From assembly GCF_009914755.1 (NCBI RefSeq), contig NC_060931.1: a stretch of DNA of 64,000 bases. One strand, given 5' to 3'. Below are positions 23,091 through 37,680 of this stretch, piece by piece (within the stretch, counting starts at the first letter, position 1; every line of letters begins with the position of its first letter). The notes below the pieces were generated by a model. It did no database searches. It was given only the letters and a program-made list of their open reading frames with translations, and was not told the DNA's origin. The position numbers and the translations under genes were made by a program. Source of the stretch: the human T2T-CHM13v2.0 reference genome, Homo sapiens.

Positions 23091-24949
23091 ACTAGTTAAG
23101 AAATGGTATTAAATACCCCAGCCAGCATGTAGTGACCTTCCCCTTCAATATGAGGCGTTTGGGAGATCGAGAGGACTTCATCCCAAACTCTAAAAGAAGA
23201 GCCATACATTCCCAGGTATCTGAAGGACTGACATACAAATCATGCTTTTTTGCCTATAAGCAAACACTTCAAAGTGCTATTTTTAATTGAAAGTTTGCAG
23301 CTGTATTTTTTAAAGGTGGCACTTCTGCTTTCTCCTCCTCCCTTCCTGCCCCATGTCCAGAAGTGCCCCTGGGAAGCAGTGCATGGCCCTGCTGGGGAAG
23401 GCAGGAGCGTCCCAATTCCCAATCTTCTGCACAATGGGCATGCAGGCCCAGGCAAACGACTAGACCTTTCTGAGTTTCTGTGTCCTCATTTGAAACACGG
23501 AAAGAAGAACAAGTATATCCAATGTTCCAAGGTTATTTTGAGGGTTAAAGGAAATAAATTCACTTTCTATATGTCAGTGCTGAACCTAGCAGTACTATTA
23601 ATTACAATCCCAACCTTGGCACACTGTGTGACAAATTCTCCTAGACACTATTTCACCTCACCCTTTGCAGAGCGTTTGGCCCAGACAACCTACCCACACA
23701 ATAGTAATATTTTTCCCTTTCCCCTCAGGGAGGAGTTAGGGAATGAGAGAGGTGGGGGATGGAGAAGCAACATGCCATTGTGAAGGCTTGAGCTACCAGC
23801 TGCCTGGGAGAACCAATGCCAGTCGCCATCAGGCGTGGATGAACAAATGACAAGCCACACTCCGGCTCGTCCCCCTCAGATTTCAGTGGTGGCCTTGGTC
23901 AGTCCCTCCACTCCCTCCTTTCTTGGTGACCTGGATGCATCCCAATTTTCTGTTTCCAATGATCTGGCCTGGAGCAGCTTGGGAGAAAAACAGCCTTGCT
24001 AAATGCTGTGTAAAGTAATGACACTGAGAGAAAACTTGAAAGCCTAAAAGGATATCCTGGATGCTCGCCATATGTAATTGTCTTGTTGGGACTGGTAACT
24101 AAAATAGCATTGCAGGGATATTTACCCAATTTTCATAAAAACTATTATGGCTTTATTTTCAAAGCAAGTAACTACAGAGCCATGTGGCCGGTTGGTAAAT
24201 GTTCCAGTGATTAACTGAGAAATGTGGAGGTGGGTGGAAGAAGGCTGCGAGGCATATGAATTTGAGAAAAACAAAATTTAGAAAAGGATGTTTTTTGAAT
24301 TTTCAAAGCTAAAAGCATTCTGGTCTCTAGAATGACGTTCCATCTAACAGTGCTAAGACCTACACCCCAAGAGAGAAAGGAGGAGACATGGGTACATCTG
24401 TTTCAATGGTTATTTTTGAACATGTTCAGAGTTACGTTTTCAAATTCAGGTTTCCTTAGCGTTAAAATCTTGGCACAGATCAAGAGCGAGTTGTAAAGCC
24501 AAATTGCATTTTTTAGAATTAGCCCTGTTGCAGAGATGGGAGGCCCTACTGCCTTTCCTGCCTGCCGGCCTTCCCAGCCCTCTTCTATCCCTGGTGGGAA
24601 TTCTGTAAGCCCAGACCAAGGTCTGCAAAGCTGAAGGACAGGTTTGGGAATCGAGCTGCCAGAGTGTCTGTGAAAGCCAGGCAGGGGGTGGGTTGGGTTA
24701 CCCTGGGGTGAGATCTGGCCAGACCTCCTGTCCCACTGCAATTCATAGCCTCACCTGTGAAACTCACATAAAACTGACAATCTAGGGTGAAATGGAGAGT
24801 GAGAAAGTAACATAACCTAGAAACCCCAACAAACTCTCCCGTATTGATGCTTCGCATGGTTGTCTTCTGGATCTACTATAGAATTCATAGTAAGTACATC
24901 CCCATTACCAGCACTATGTCATTACTGGAGCCTTTACCGTGGCTGTTAT

Positions 24950-25683
24950 CCTCACCACTGCCACCACCATCGCAACAACCACCACAACCATTACCGTCAC
25001 CCTTACCACCACCACTACCACTCACCTCTTTCACTACTGCTATTACCATCACCACCTCCACCACCACCACCACCACATCTCCTTCACCACCACTACCCCC
25101 AGCACTACCACCATCACCTCTTCCACCACTACCATCATCTCCTCCACCACCACTACCACCACCACCACCATCTCCTTCACCACCACTACCCCCACCACTA
25201 TCACCATCACCATCACCTCCACCACCACCACCATCTCCTTCACCACCACTACCCCCACCACTACCACCATCACCTCCTCCACCATCACCACCACCACCAC
25301 AACCACCATCTCCTTCATCACCACTACCCCCACCACTATCACCATCACCATCACCTCCACCACCACCACCACCACCACCACCATCTCCTTCAACACCACT
25401 ACCCCCACCACTACCACCATCACCTCCTCCGCCACCATCACCATCACCTCCACCACCACCACCATTATCTCCTTCATCACCACTACCCCCACCACTACCA
25501 CCATCACCTCTTCCACCACTACCATCATCTCCTCCATCACCACTACCACCAGCACCTCCTCTAGCACTGCTGCTGTCATTGCTTTCACCTCCTTTGTCAC
25601 CACCGCTGCCATCACCAGCATCACCAACACAAACACTGCTACCACTTTCACAACCACTCACGCCTCTCTCACTACCACCACCA
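24950..25683. repeat. Complex (CAC/CAT/CTC/TAC)n triplet-derived tandem repeat with higher-order units
   Basis: Anchor TCTCCTTCA at 25078, 25171, 25234, 25309, 25384 and 25468. Confidence 0.95.
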
Positions 25684-26400
25684 TGCAGAGCCAGACTTAA
25701 AGCTAGGTCTGGCTGGCTCCAGAGATTGTGCTTTTATATACTTTGTTTTACCACAAAACCAGAGGAAATGAAGAACAAAGTCAAAAAACTGGCTTTCCTT
25801 CCAAAAACACTGGGAAGAGACATCTCACAGGAATCCACTTTACTACTGGCCATTTTCATTAAATACAGGCACTCTGATCTCCTTAAAAATACAAATGCAG
25901 GAGGACAGGCCCCTGGATGAGTATGTCCACTGCTGCGAGGGGCCCAATGCTCACTGCGACACCCAACTCAACCTGCTGCCAGCACGCCAGATAGAGGGAA
26001 AATGGTCACTGATATAATATATGTGAGATTTTCCAGGGAAAAGCCACTCTACTTATGAGGTCTTTTTTATTCCCCCTTGATAATGTCTGCTCGGCATCTG
26101 TGGAGAAATGTGAAAGTAAATGACATCCTTGAAAGATGAAGCAAAGACTACCACATCTCAGTGTTGGTAATTTAAGATAGGGTACTGCTCTCCTAACAAG
26201 ACAGAATTTCATTTAGTATTTTAAAATGCCATAAACTCTTAGTCTAAGTTACTTTCTCTAGAAAAGTGACCATGTTTTCAAGTTCTGGCTAGTAATATTC
26301 CATTCCTAGCCCCATGACTCAATAATTTCTACCACGTGAAAGATAGTCCCAGATGATTTAGCATCAATATAAAATAAATATATTAATTACAACTCATGCA

Positions 26401-26402
<2 letters not shown>

Positions 26403-26450
<48 letters not shown>
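26403..26450. repeat. (AT)24 microsatellite
   Basis: Read directly. Confidence 0.97.
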
Positions 26451-26455
<5 letters not shown>

Positions 26456-27532
26456 AACATTTCAATGAATTGATAAATGTTTGTTGTGTGAAAATACAAG
26501 ATCAGGGAATTGCTTTTGTCATTGGAAACCACTTAGAAGATAGTTTCTCTGCCTTAAACTTGAGCTGTTATAATTATCAGATTAAAATTTTTTAAATATT
26601 AAATTTCAAAGCTAAACTATAAAGTTAAAATGCTACAAAAATCTATTTATTATAAAAAAATTAAAATGATGAAGGAATGTGTCAGTAAAAGTAGAATCAA
26701 TATAATTATATTAGGCTTGGGTAAAAAAGCAATATTTGTTGTCACGTAAAACATTACAACAAAATATCACAACAGTCACTTGGATATTTTTCAAGTATGA
26801 AGTGAAGACTCAATTCATCTTTATAATAAAATAACTTTGTAAAAGAATTATAACTCTATTTCTTACAGAAAGGTTCAGTAGAAGTAAAACTTTGTGCTTC
26901 TTGGGGCATGAGTTATATCTCTGTAATTCTGTAGCAAAAAACTTGTCCCTCCAAACAGGATGCACCGAGTGTTTAACACATTAATTATCATCCTTCATCA
27001 AGCATAAAACTAACAGTCAGGAAATACAGCTGCAATGGCACAATTACCAACACACTCAGAATACACCCTGAAGCAAAGAAAACAAATGGCTTGCTTTTCA
27101 TTAACAGAGCTTGGCAACCCTCTCTAAAGACAATGTTTTCTTTCCAGTCAGAGTCCCAAAAGGCATTTCAGGGGCTATTTGCTTAGGTAAATCAACAGAA
27201 TAAATTAATCGTGGAAATATTTACTTAAATTTCAAAATGGCCATTATCAACACAGAGTGCCATTCAGAATAAAATTTTATATATTAAAAGATGACTTGAT
27301 AAAATACAAATCTTATAAACACAGGACATGTATTAAAAATACTGGTGCAAGAGGGTTGGGAAGTCACACAATATCCTTGTATTTTACTGTGATACATTAA
27401 GTATTAATGGCTTTCACCATCATGTTTTGTGGCATACAAAACAATATGCAACATACTTATATCGATCTAATAGTGAGTTGTATCGTAACAGGATTCCATT
27501 ATATCATATTTGAGTCCACATAAAGAAAAATA

Positions 27533-27612
27533 TTAGGTTGGTGCAAAAGTAATTGTGGTTTTTGACACTAAAAGTAATGGAAAAACCCGTAATTACTTTT
27601 GAACCAACCTAA
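27533..27612. mobile_element. MADE1 (Hsmar1-derived MITE), 80 bp, palindromic
   Basis: ttaggttggtgcaaaagtaattg ... taattacttttgaaccaacctaa with TA duplications at 27531-32 and 27613-14. Confidence 0.95.
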
Positions 27613-29689
27613 TAATTATCTATCAGCTTGAGATTCTAATGTGATATGTCATCATTGAAAGCCTAGATGAAAACCATTCTAGAGAGGTAACAAAAGAACA
27701 AAAGTACAGTTTATTTGGTTGGTTTCTGAACATTTATTCTTAATATTACCATAACATCATTATACCCTAACAGATATATTATTACTCCTACTAAGATTAT
27801 ATCACAATTAAACCATGAACTATTACTTAAACCATAATTTAAGGAAGGCTCTGGGGATGTAAAAGCTAACAGATAGTCATCTGCCCAAAATATTTGTAAG
27901 TATGTCCTGAACCACTGCTGTCAAACTTTCACTAAATTCTCTGCCCAGAAATGCTCTAACATAATCAGCTTGATCCTCTCTGCAGGATAAACGTCGTAGC
28001 AAAAATTAAGGAGCCATATTTTCCTCAGCACAGGAGGCCAGGGATACACATGTGGGTTCTTCCATGCTTGTGGCACAACTTCAATTTCATGAATTCACAT
28101 TGTACTTTATATGCAACTAACTCATGCCTGAAGTTCTTCTGAATTATACTTGGGGTAGGCATCATTTCATCTTCTAACTGGTTGGTGTATGTAATGTACA
28201 GTTGTCTTGTAAAAGACAGATAAGCTTTGAAATGATGTATAAAAGAAAACCCGATGCACATGCATGCCCTAAACCCTAAAAGCCCCTGCTTTATCAAAGA
28301 GTAAAATCCATGGGATTTTGCTCAGGCCTGTATAAGAATTGTGAATAGTGTGCATTATACTTTTAACCAATCTGCCTTGGTCAGAATGCCTGCTTCTGAA
28401 GGTGCAGTAAATCAGAGATGATGAAGCCCCTACCAACAACGGTAACATTGCCAGTGTGAAGGGGAAGGCTGAGGGCACACTGTGTACAAAACATTTGGCT
28501 AGACAAAAGAGGATACATAAGAAATAAAAGCTCCTTCCCCTGAAGTGCTTATAGTTGACAGAGCAAAACAGTGCTCACTGTGAACGCATTCACCATGCAA
28601 CATGCCAGCTAGTGCCAATCAATGGGCGGGCGGCCAGCTGGGAGAGGATAATGAAGAACAAATTCTTTGGCCAGGTGTCCTGTCTGGAGCCAGGTCAGGT
28701 GCAGCACAAGGTGAGTGGACTTTCTTGGGTTCCTCTTGGAACCTTCATTTTAAGGGCCAGGGTCTTAAAGCATTTTTTGGTACTTGTATGTATGCACTGA
28801 CATTATACACATCTCAGAATCAAAAAAATGGTTTAAAGCAAAAGAAATGCATTTGAATGTTTTAACGTCTTGTCAAGCAAGGTGATGAAACACATACAAA
28901 TTGCTTGAACGATAAAGAGCAAGGCAAGTTCAAGGTGAACTTTAGCTAGTTCATGCCTCGTTTTCTTCTTGCAAAGACATGACCTGGCAATGAAGTACCC
29001 ACTGTTCTCTCATCATCCTTAAAATCCTTTTGGAACCAAAATCACTTCTTTATCTCAATATGCATTCATCCTCGGTAACCACTAGAGAGAAAAACACTCC
29101 ATGTGCAGATCCAATACTGAGAATCAGACACTGTGCATGTATCCCTACTGAGATGAAAAATCATTGAGTTTAATACTGCTTTTTCAATTAGAAAATATTG
29201 CTGTAGTCTTACAGAAAAATTCAATTTTATGTTGGATAATACTCTCAGAATAAAATGATACATTTCAGAAGTAAGAGAGGAAAGGAGGACACCTTCTCAA
29301 GTGAGGATATTTGAATATAATAATTAAAAGTAACTGAGTTTATGGGACTTGTACAATCTCCCCTTTAGCAATGTCAAACAAGTATTTTAAAGGAGCAGGA
29401 CCAATCATTAGACTCAAGTTCACCACAATTCATCTCCCAGGAACATGTATCTCAAGGTTCAAGGTTCAATTCGCGCTTTTGGATTGCAGTTGATTCTCAT
29501 TGTATTGAATCCTGATGCAGTAAAAAAAAAAAGAAAGAAAGAAAGAAAAAGACTCTGCTGGGGGCACAGTTCTCTCTTCAGCATTCTGAGTCCTGGAATA
29601 ATGATGCTTTCTGCAATGGACTTTGCTTGTGATATAAACAAAACTTTACTTTTCTCAAGATTTTCTAGTGGCCCCTCTAGCTTCCATAC

Positions 29690-29788
29690 CTTTAAAGTAG
29701 TAAATTCATATGGTTGATAACCTTTGAAACTCTCATGGATGGCTGCCATAGTGTGAGAAGTTTTCTCCCAAAAATGAAGCAGAGTGGT
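29690..29788 (-). CDS. ICA1: ICA1 coding exon (probably exon 8), 99 nt, phase 0-0, TTLLHFWEKTSHTMAAIHESFKGYQPYEFTTLK (end of BAR domain)
   Basis: Within ORF 29459..29794. Acceptor ctttgcag|ACC, donor AAG|gtatgg. Confidence 0.97.
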
Positions 29789-30270
29789 CTGCAAAGAAAG
29801 ACAGTAAAGCTATTAATGTTTTGAATGCCCAGTTCTAGTCCTGGTCCCCAGGGAAGTATGACTCTCTGTAGCTTTGAAGATTCTTTAAAGCATGATTCTA
29901 ACTCATTTCCATGCTTCCCATTATGCCCCCATTTACACTCTCTATTTCAGCCAAACTAAATGCCTCCCTGTTTCCCCAAATGCTGCCTCCCAGAACTCAT
30001 GCTGCTCCCACCACCTGGGACATTCTCCTCTCCATTCTCTTTTTCTCATCTGATCCATCCTCCAAAACCCAGGGTAAATAATTAACGCTCTACTGTTGCA
30101 ATCCCTCAGCTGATTCTATTTCTCCCTCTTTAAGCTGTCACTGGCTTTCTTAGAACTTATTTCACTTAGCACACTCTGCTCTGTCCTAGAGGTATAGAAA
30201 AATAGACTTCACTATCTCCAGATTCTTCCTAAACTTTGAGCTCTTTGAAGACAAGGAACCTAGTCTTAAT

Positions 30271-30575
<305 letters not shown>

Positions 30576-31096
30576 TAACTGTTATATTTCCTACAACATC
30601 CAGCATTCTGCATCCTGCCCTCAGTTGGTGCTCAGTAGCATTGTTGATGCAGTGTTATCCGGAAGGAACTCAGAGGCTATCAGGGGAAACAAAAACAATG
30701 CATTGAATACTGACAACCTGATGAGAAAGATATGCCACGAGATGGACAGACACAACGCTAAGTGAGTTCAGAGGAGGCTTACTGAAAAAGGCGTGACATT
30801 CTGTCTGGTACATTAAAAAGAATGGAATTTGGAAAGGCACGGATGGAGGAGAAAGGCACTCCAGGTAGAAGGGACCCCATAAGTAAATGTACAGAAGTGG
30901 GAAATTATGGTATATACAGGAAATAACTACTATTTGGTTTGGTTAAACGTAGGGCCCTAGAAGGCAGAGATGTGGGAAGTGAAATTACGGAAAGGCATTC
31001 AGAACTTCACAATGGCCAAAGCTTACTTTTAGCTCAAACACCATTTTGATGTTATTTAAACCTTGTGCCATCCTTGGTTCATTGCAACAAACATTA

Positions 31097-31231
<135 letters not shown>

Positions 31232-32008
31232 CTATGAAAATAAAGAGGAATTTCTGAATCACCCTAACCCTTAAGTAGGTAAAATTTGCAGGTGAAATGA
31301 GACCAACAGCAGGCCTTTTCTCTTTCACATATGAAAAGACTTTTGAAAATTCCAGACAAATGGGAAGATGTTACAACATCCATTCTTTACCTCCAAAGGA
31401 GCCAAATGAGAGTACTGCATATTATGATTTTATAGCACACTTGTCATCCTAATTCTATTTTTCTTAGTCTAATGTTAAAATCCTTTCTTCTCAAGGCATT
31501 CACAAACTGATCATGGTTGGGAGAAGACTGGAGACAAGCAGGGTGGTGAGGAAATCAGCTTTGCTCCATTGTTTTCCTACAGTCTTTAGAAGCTGAGTTC
31601 CCTCATACCCTTCACTCAGCTTCCCCTAGTGTTAACATCTTATAGAACATGCTACATTTGTTAAAACAAAGAAATTTACAGTGATACAATCCTATTTACT
31701 AACCTACAGACTTTATTTGGATTTCACCAGTTTTCCCACTAATGTCCTTTTTCTGTTCCAGGATCCAATCTAAGATCCCGTCGGAGGGAATTTTGACACA
31801 GCCTAAAAAAACTATTCCCATGGATGAAACTTTTTACTACTGAGTAACGTGTACTAGTAATCCTCCATCGATCCTTAAACCATACAGGAATTTGGGGATG
31901 GAGTGAACGTCAGGGAAAGATTCAGAAACATCTATTTTACACATTATTTCATAACAAAATAGAAAGTTTTACAACTTGATACGGCTGCATTGAAAATTGT
32001 GAGGTCAA

Positions 32009-32328
<320 letters not shown>

Positions 32329-33969
32329 ATATGAAGTTAAAATTACACCCTCCTTCAATCTATAGTGTCAACACAGCATATTTTGGCTAGAGAAAACCAG
32401 CCAATTTTTCAAAAACCACCTTACTGAGGTATGATTGACATATAAAAAGCTGTACATATTCAGTGTATTCAGTGTGATGAGTTCAAATATTAATTTATCT
32501 CAGATCATCGTAAAGTTATAGATACTAGATAGGTTACTGAGAGTTGGAAGTAACACTGATGTATTAATAATTCTTTCATCATAGGATACCAGGAGGGCAT
32601 GGACCATGTCTACGTTGTTCATCATTATATTGCCTAGCAACCTGGCGCAAAGCAGGTACTGAATACGTATTTGTTGGCTGAATAAAGAAATTTTTCAAGC
32701 CATTGCAAAAGGTGAGGTATTTGCATGCATTTTAAAGTATAACCTTTAATGTAGTTTAAGAAGTGATGATTTTATTTTCTAATAAAAATAAATACGTAGA
32801 TCATTTTATATAAAATACATTCATTTTCACCACTAATATGAACATATTCACAATGTATAAAATTATAGGATGTTATATAATAATAACTAAATCTAACAGT
32901 GAATACAATTTACTTATCACATGTCAGCATCATTCTATTTTGGCTGCTGTTATTACTGTCTCTTACTGATGAGGATTGCGAGGCTTCATCAAGGCAAGTT
33001 ACTCATGGGCAGGGCTGGCATTCTAAATTAGCCGGCCTGACTCCAAAGCCATGCTATTCTGCCTCCTGAGCAACTTAGGCTACTCACTGGAAAATCAAGA
33101 AGCTCAGAATTATGATTCTACCCAGAAATACAAGTTTTCCCTGAAGGATTCTATGGAATTGGAAAATAATGAGGCAGTACATTGAACACTACACTGATAG
33201 AAAGAATTAATACTCTGTATGAATAGAATCTTGTGTCTATAGCTATGTCAAAACTGTCCTAAGACTTCTTCTGTATTCTTGGTCTACAGATCTGGGAAGA
33301 TCAAAGATCAGTAGCCACCCAGTTCCTTTCAAACTGACCATACCATGAGCTGGACGGTTCTCCACTGCAGAGCAAAGAGCCAGTAGTTTAAATTCCCTGG
33401 GAGCTCTGACTATAAAAAGAGTCTAGGATGAGTAAGTGTTAGAGATTTCCTGCCTCCCTTTGAGAGGAATAGGAAGGCAGAAAAAAGAAAACCTAATTTC
33501 TGGAGGGGAGAATCGGGGGAGTCTGGAGGGGAAGATGTTCACTGTAGATCCCTGTGTTGGTCATCGGTTGCTCTGGCCAGGAAGGCCGCCTCAGCTGGGG
33601 TCCTGAAAGGCATCTGTCTTCAGCCTTTTCCTACGAAGGGGAAGAAAATACACGTGGGAGTCGGAGCTTTCAAGTATGTATTCATTCAACACGTATTTAC
33701 TGAGTGCCTGGTGTGTGTCAGGACCAACGCTAGGAACTAGGGTGTCTATAAAGCTGTAAAGGAATGAGGTACATAACAGGGAGTCAATAAATATTTATAA
33801 ATGAATGCACATAGCATAAAGACCCCCTCATCTCTTAAGGAGGACAGACAAGTTAGTCACTATATTATAATAGAATGGGAAAATTAAAAACATAGAACTA
33901 AGAGGAACAGAGAGACAGCACAGACAAGGAAATGATTAATGCTGGTGGTGGAACAGAGAGGGGTGGGGT

Positions 33970-34498
33970 TGTAGGATGATGGCATTAAAGCCTTAACTAA
34001 TGGCCTCCCTGTATTCTCATTCTTTGCCCTGTAACTCTGTAGTGTTCTCCTACTCTGACTCTGAGCTCGGCCATGTGACTTGCGTTGGTCAATGGGATGT
34101 TAACAAATGTAATGAAACTGTAAGCTTGACAAAACAATGCCAGCCTGTTTCCACTTTCTCTCTTGCTTCTTTGAGAGGGCCATCAGAATATGCCTGGGCT
34201 GACCAGCTGGAGGGGGGTGAGAAACATATGCATGCAAGAGACGTGAGGAGGAGAGACCAGTTGTCCCAGCAGATCAGTCTTTGACCAGCTGACTCTGAGA
34301 TATGTGAGGGAGCCCAGCCATTATCAGCAGAGACCCTCCCTGCCCACAGCTGACCACAGACACAAGTGAGCCCACAAAGACGAGAATGGTCCTGCTTACC
34401 ATAGCCTTGTGTGCAATGAGAAATGCTTATTGTTTTAAGCCATTGAGTGTTATGGTTGCTTATTTCACAGCATTATTGTGGTTATAGACAACTGATAT
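33970..34498 (+). mobile_element. MaLR LTR (MLT1 family)
   Basis: ctgactctgagctcggccatgtgacttgcgttggtcaatggg...gcttattgttttaagccattgag...aactgata. Confidence 0.8.
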
Positions 34499-35270
34499 AA
34501 ACTCTAAGGAAACAGACAATGAAGGCTTCTGAAATGATGGGATATTTGAGGTGGGTCTTAGGCATGACTAGGAGGTACAAAGTAAATATAAGGTATTCGT
34601 AAGGCTGGCCTACTTATATGGAACCTCTAGATTTTCTAACGAAATGCGAATTAACTTTTTCTGCAGGGGTGTCAATTTTGCTTTTTCCTTTACGTTAACA
34701 TAATCAGTTACTCATAGATTCTCTTATATCTTAGGAGAAAACTTATTTCACTTGCTATAACACAAAGCTCATGAATTAGCGTAGTTTGAAATGTACCCTA
34801 ATTTCATTTTGTTTGAATTTTGTAAGGTAATTTTAGAAACCTAGAAGACAACTTCAACACTTGACCCAATGATTCTGAAAGGCCATATGCTTTGTATGTC
34901 AACAATGATTATTAAAATACTTAATGCACTGCTGAGTTTCCAAATGCTGAGCCCTTTCCCTGCCAAACAGGGAGGATGCTACACTGTTGGGCGTTTTGAA
35001 TACAGCAAAGTTCATTTAATATTTTGTGCTCCATGTCTGCTCTAGAAAACACATTTCCAGCCTGAAGCCTGAGGTTAAAACACCAAGGACATAGCCAAGC
35101 ATAGGCCACTATCAAGAGTCTAATTTCATATGCCTCCAGATGCACTTAAGTGACAAACGTCTTGATTATTATTCCTCTCAACCCTAGATAAGTTATATTC
35201 TATTACATAAATATCTTGAGGAGCTCCTGTGGTTTTGAAGGCCCTTTTAAAATTTTCTTCACTCAAATAA

Positions 35271-35642
<372 letters not shown>

Positions 35643-36604
35643 TAATGGCCATGTATTTTAGAGCCTCCTTAGTCTGGGTTCTGTCTTCCTCAGGCCACAG
35701 CAATTCAGTTTACCAGAGAAAGGAGCAATGATTTGACTGGCAAAACATCAGAGCCCTTCTCTGTACTTATTCCTTCTAACCTGAAATTCTAACTCTTAGC
35801 CCCAAATTGAACAACGCATGGTGAAGCCAAAGCTATTCGTACTTTCAGTTCAATCTGGCTTTTCTATCCAGTGGAAAGGTCTTTATTATTCTACAACCAA
35901 TAATATGACAGTAGTTTTGCATTTTTCTAAGAGTTTTATTAACCTTATAAAATAAAACAATGATTCTACTCTCATTTTTATATCTTCTTATAGGAGATAG
36001 CTCTGGCCTTAAATCCATTCATTCAGCAAATACTTATTGAGTATCTTCTATATGCTGGTAGCAGTCGGCACAAATGGAATCGATAGTACATTGGGTATAT
36101 TTCAGATCAGCGAAGGTGTAACTATGAACTGAGTGAGGTACTCAGAAGGAAAGTCACATAGTCCCTCAAGAATGATTGACCAAGGAATCTGACCCAGAGG
36201 ATGTCCTCCGAGGACATGGTGCTCAACCTCTACTCTGAAGGACTAGCATGATTAACTATGCAAGGAGGGAGAGAAGTCCAGTGGAAGGAAAAGTGTGTGC
36301 AAGGGTTGTGGGGTGGAGGACAATAAAGCAGGTCCTAGAGCTGAGAGTAGGTCAGTGTAGCTGCGTTGCTCAGAACGAGCAGGAGGGTGGGATGAGATGA
36401 GGCAGAGAGGTGAGTTGGGGCACATCCTGGAGCAGCACCTTGTTGGCGTGCTCAGGATTTTAATTTTTATCCTGGAATAGCAGAAAAACACTGGAGGCTT
36501 TTAAGCAAGGAAGAGAGAGGATCCTATTTTCAGTTTGAAAGATTACTCACTGCAGTGGGAGATGGACTGAAGGAGAGAGTTGAAGGTAGATAAGAATAGA
36601 TTTG

Positions 36605-36906
<302 letters not shown>

Positions 36907-37372
36907 GAATAGATCTGGAGTCAAGAGGAAAGATGTTAGTAGTTTAGATTTGGATAGTGATGCTGGTTATGGAAAATACTGCTCTGATCCAAAAGACACT
37001 TAAGAGGCAAAGCAGGCCCTGGTGAGGGGTTGAGTGCTGGGGTGTGGAGGATGACTCCTCTGTACCTGACTACCCCAGACTTAATGTTATTGTCTAGCTT
37101 GCCTTTCCACCAGCCAGTTCTACTCACATCAACTTCTCATGGACACCTCAGACCACATCAGAAATCTTGGCCTTCTTCCCCAATCAGCTCTAATACTCCT
37201 CTGTCATTAACTGGATCTGTTCACCCCTATTTTCCCCTGAGGCAACATCCTGCATTCAGGGAAAATTTTAAGATCACTGAATATATCAATTACTTCTTTT
37301 GGCCTTTAACAACGTGCCACGAGAGAAAGTCTAAGCCAGCCCATCTGAAGTCACTTCAAAAACAGAAGGTCA

Positions 37373-37680
37373 GGCTGGGTGCAGTGCTGCATACTGGTAA
37401 TCCCAGTACTTTGGGAGGCTGAGATGGGTGGACTGCTTGAGCCCAGGTGTTCAAGACCAGCCTGGGCAACATGGCAAAACCCTATCTCTACAAAAGATAC
37501 AAAAATTTGCCAGGCTGGTGGCACCTGCCTGTAGTCCTAGCTACTCAGAGAGTTAAGGTGGGAGGATTGCCTGAGCCCAGGAGGTGGAGGCTGCAGTGAG
37601 CTGTGATCATGCCACTGCACTCCAGAAGCAGCCTGGGTGACAGTAAGACCCTGTCTCAAAAACAAACAAACAAACACCCC
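37373..37680 (+). mobile_element. AluJ-like
   Basis: Perfect TSD aaaacagaaggtca at 37359-37372 and 37681-37694. Confidence 0.93.

Noticed and set aside
23250-23783. 177-aa plus-strand ORF
   Set aside because: TTG start, overlaps MIR-like sequence, and no recognisable protein features.
25078-25560. Regularly spaced repeats resembling a CRISPR array
   Set aside because: The spacers are the same low-complexity triplet repeat, the DNA is a mammalian intron, and there are no cas genes.
24844-25920. 358-aa proline-rich ORF and overlapping poly-His/Thr/Gly/Val ORFs as a novel gene
   Set aside because: The openness is explained by a triplet-periodic repeat lacking stop codons. Five frames are open at once, and there is no domain or exon context.
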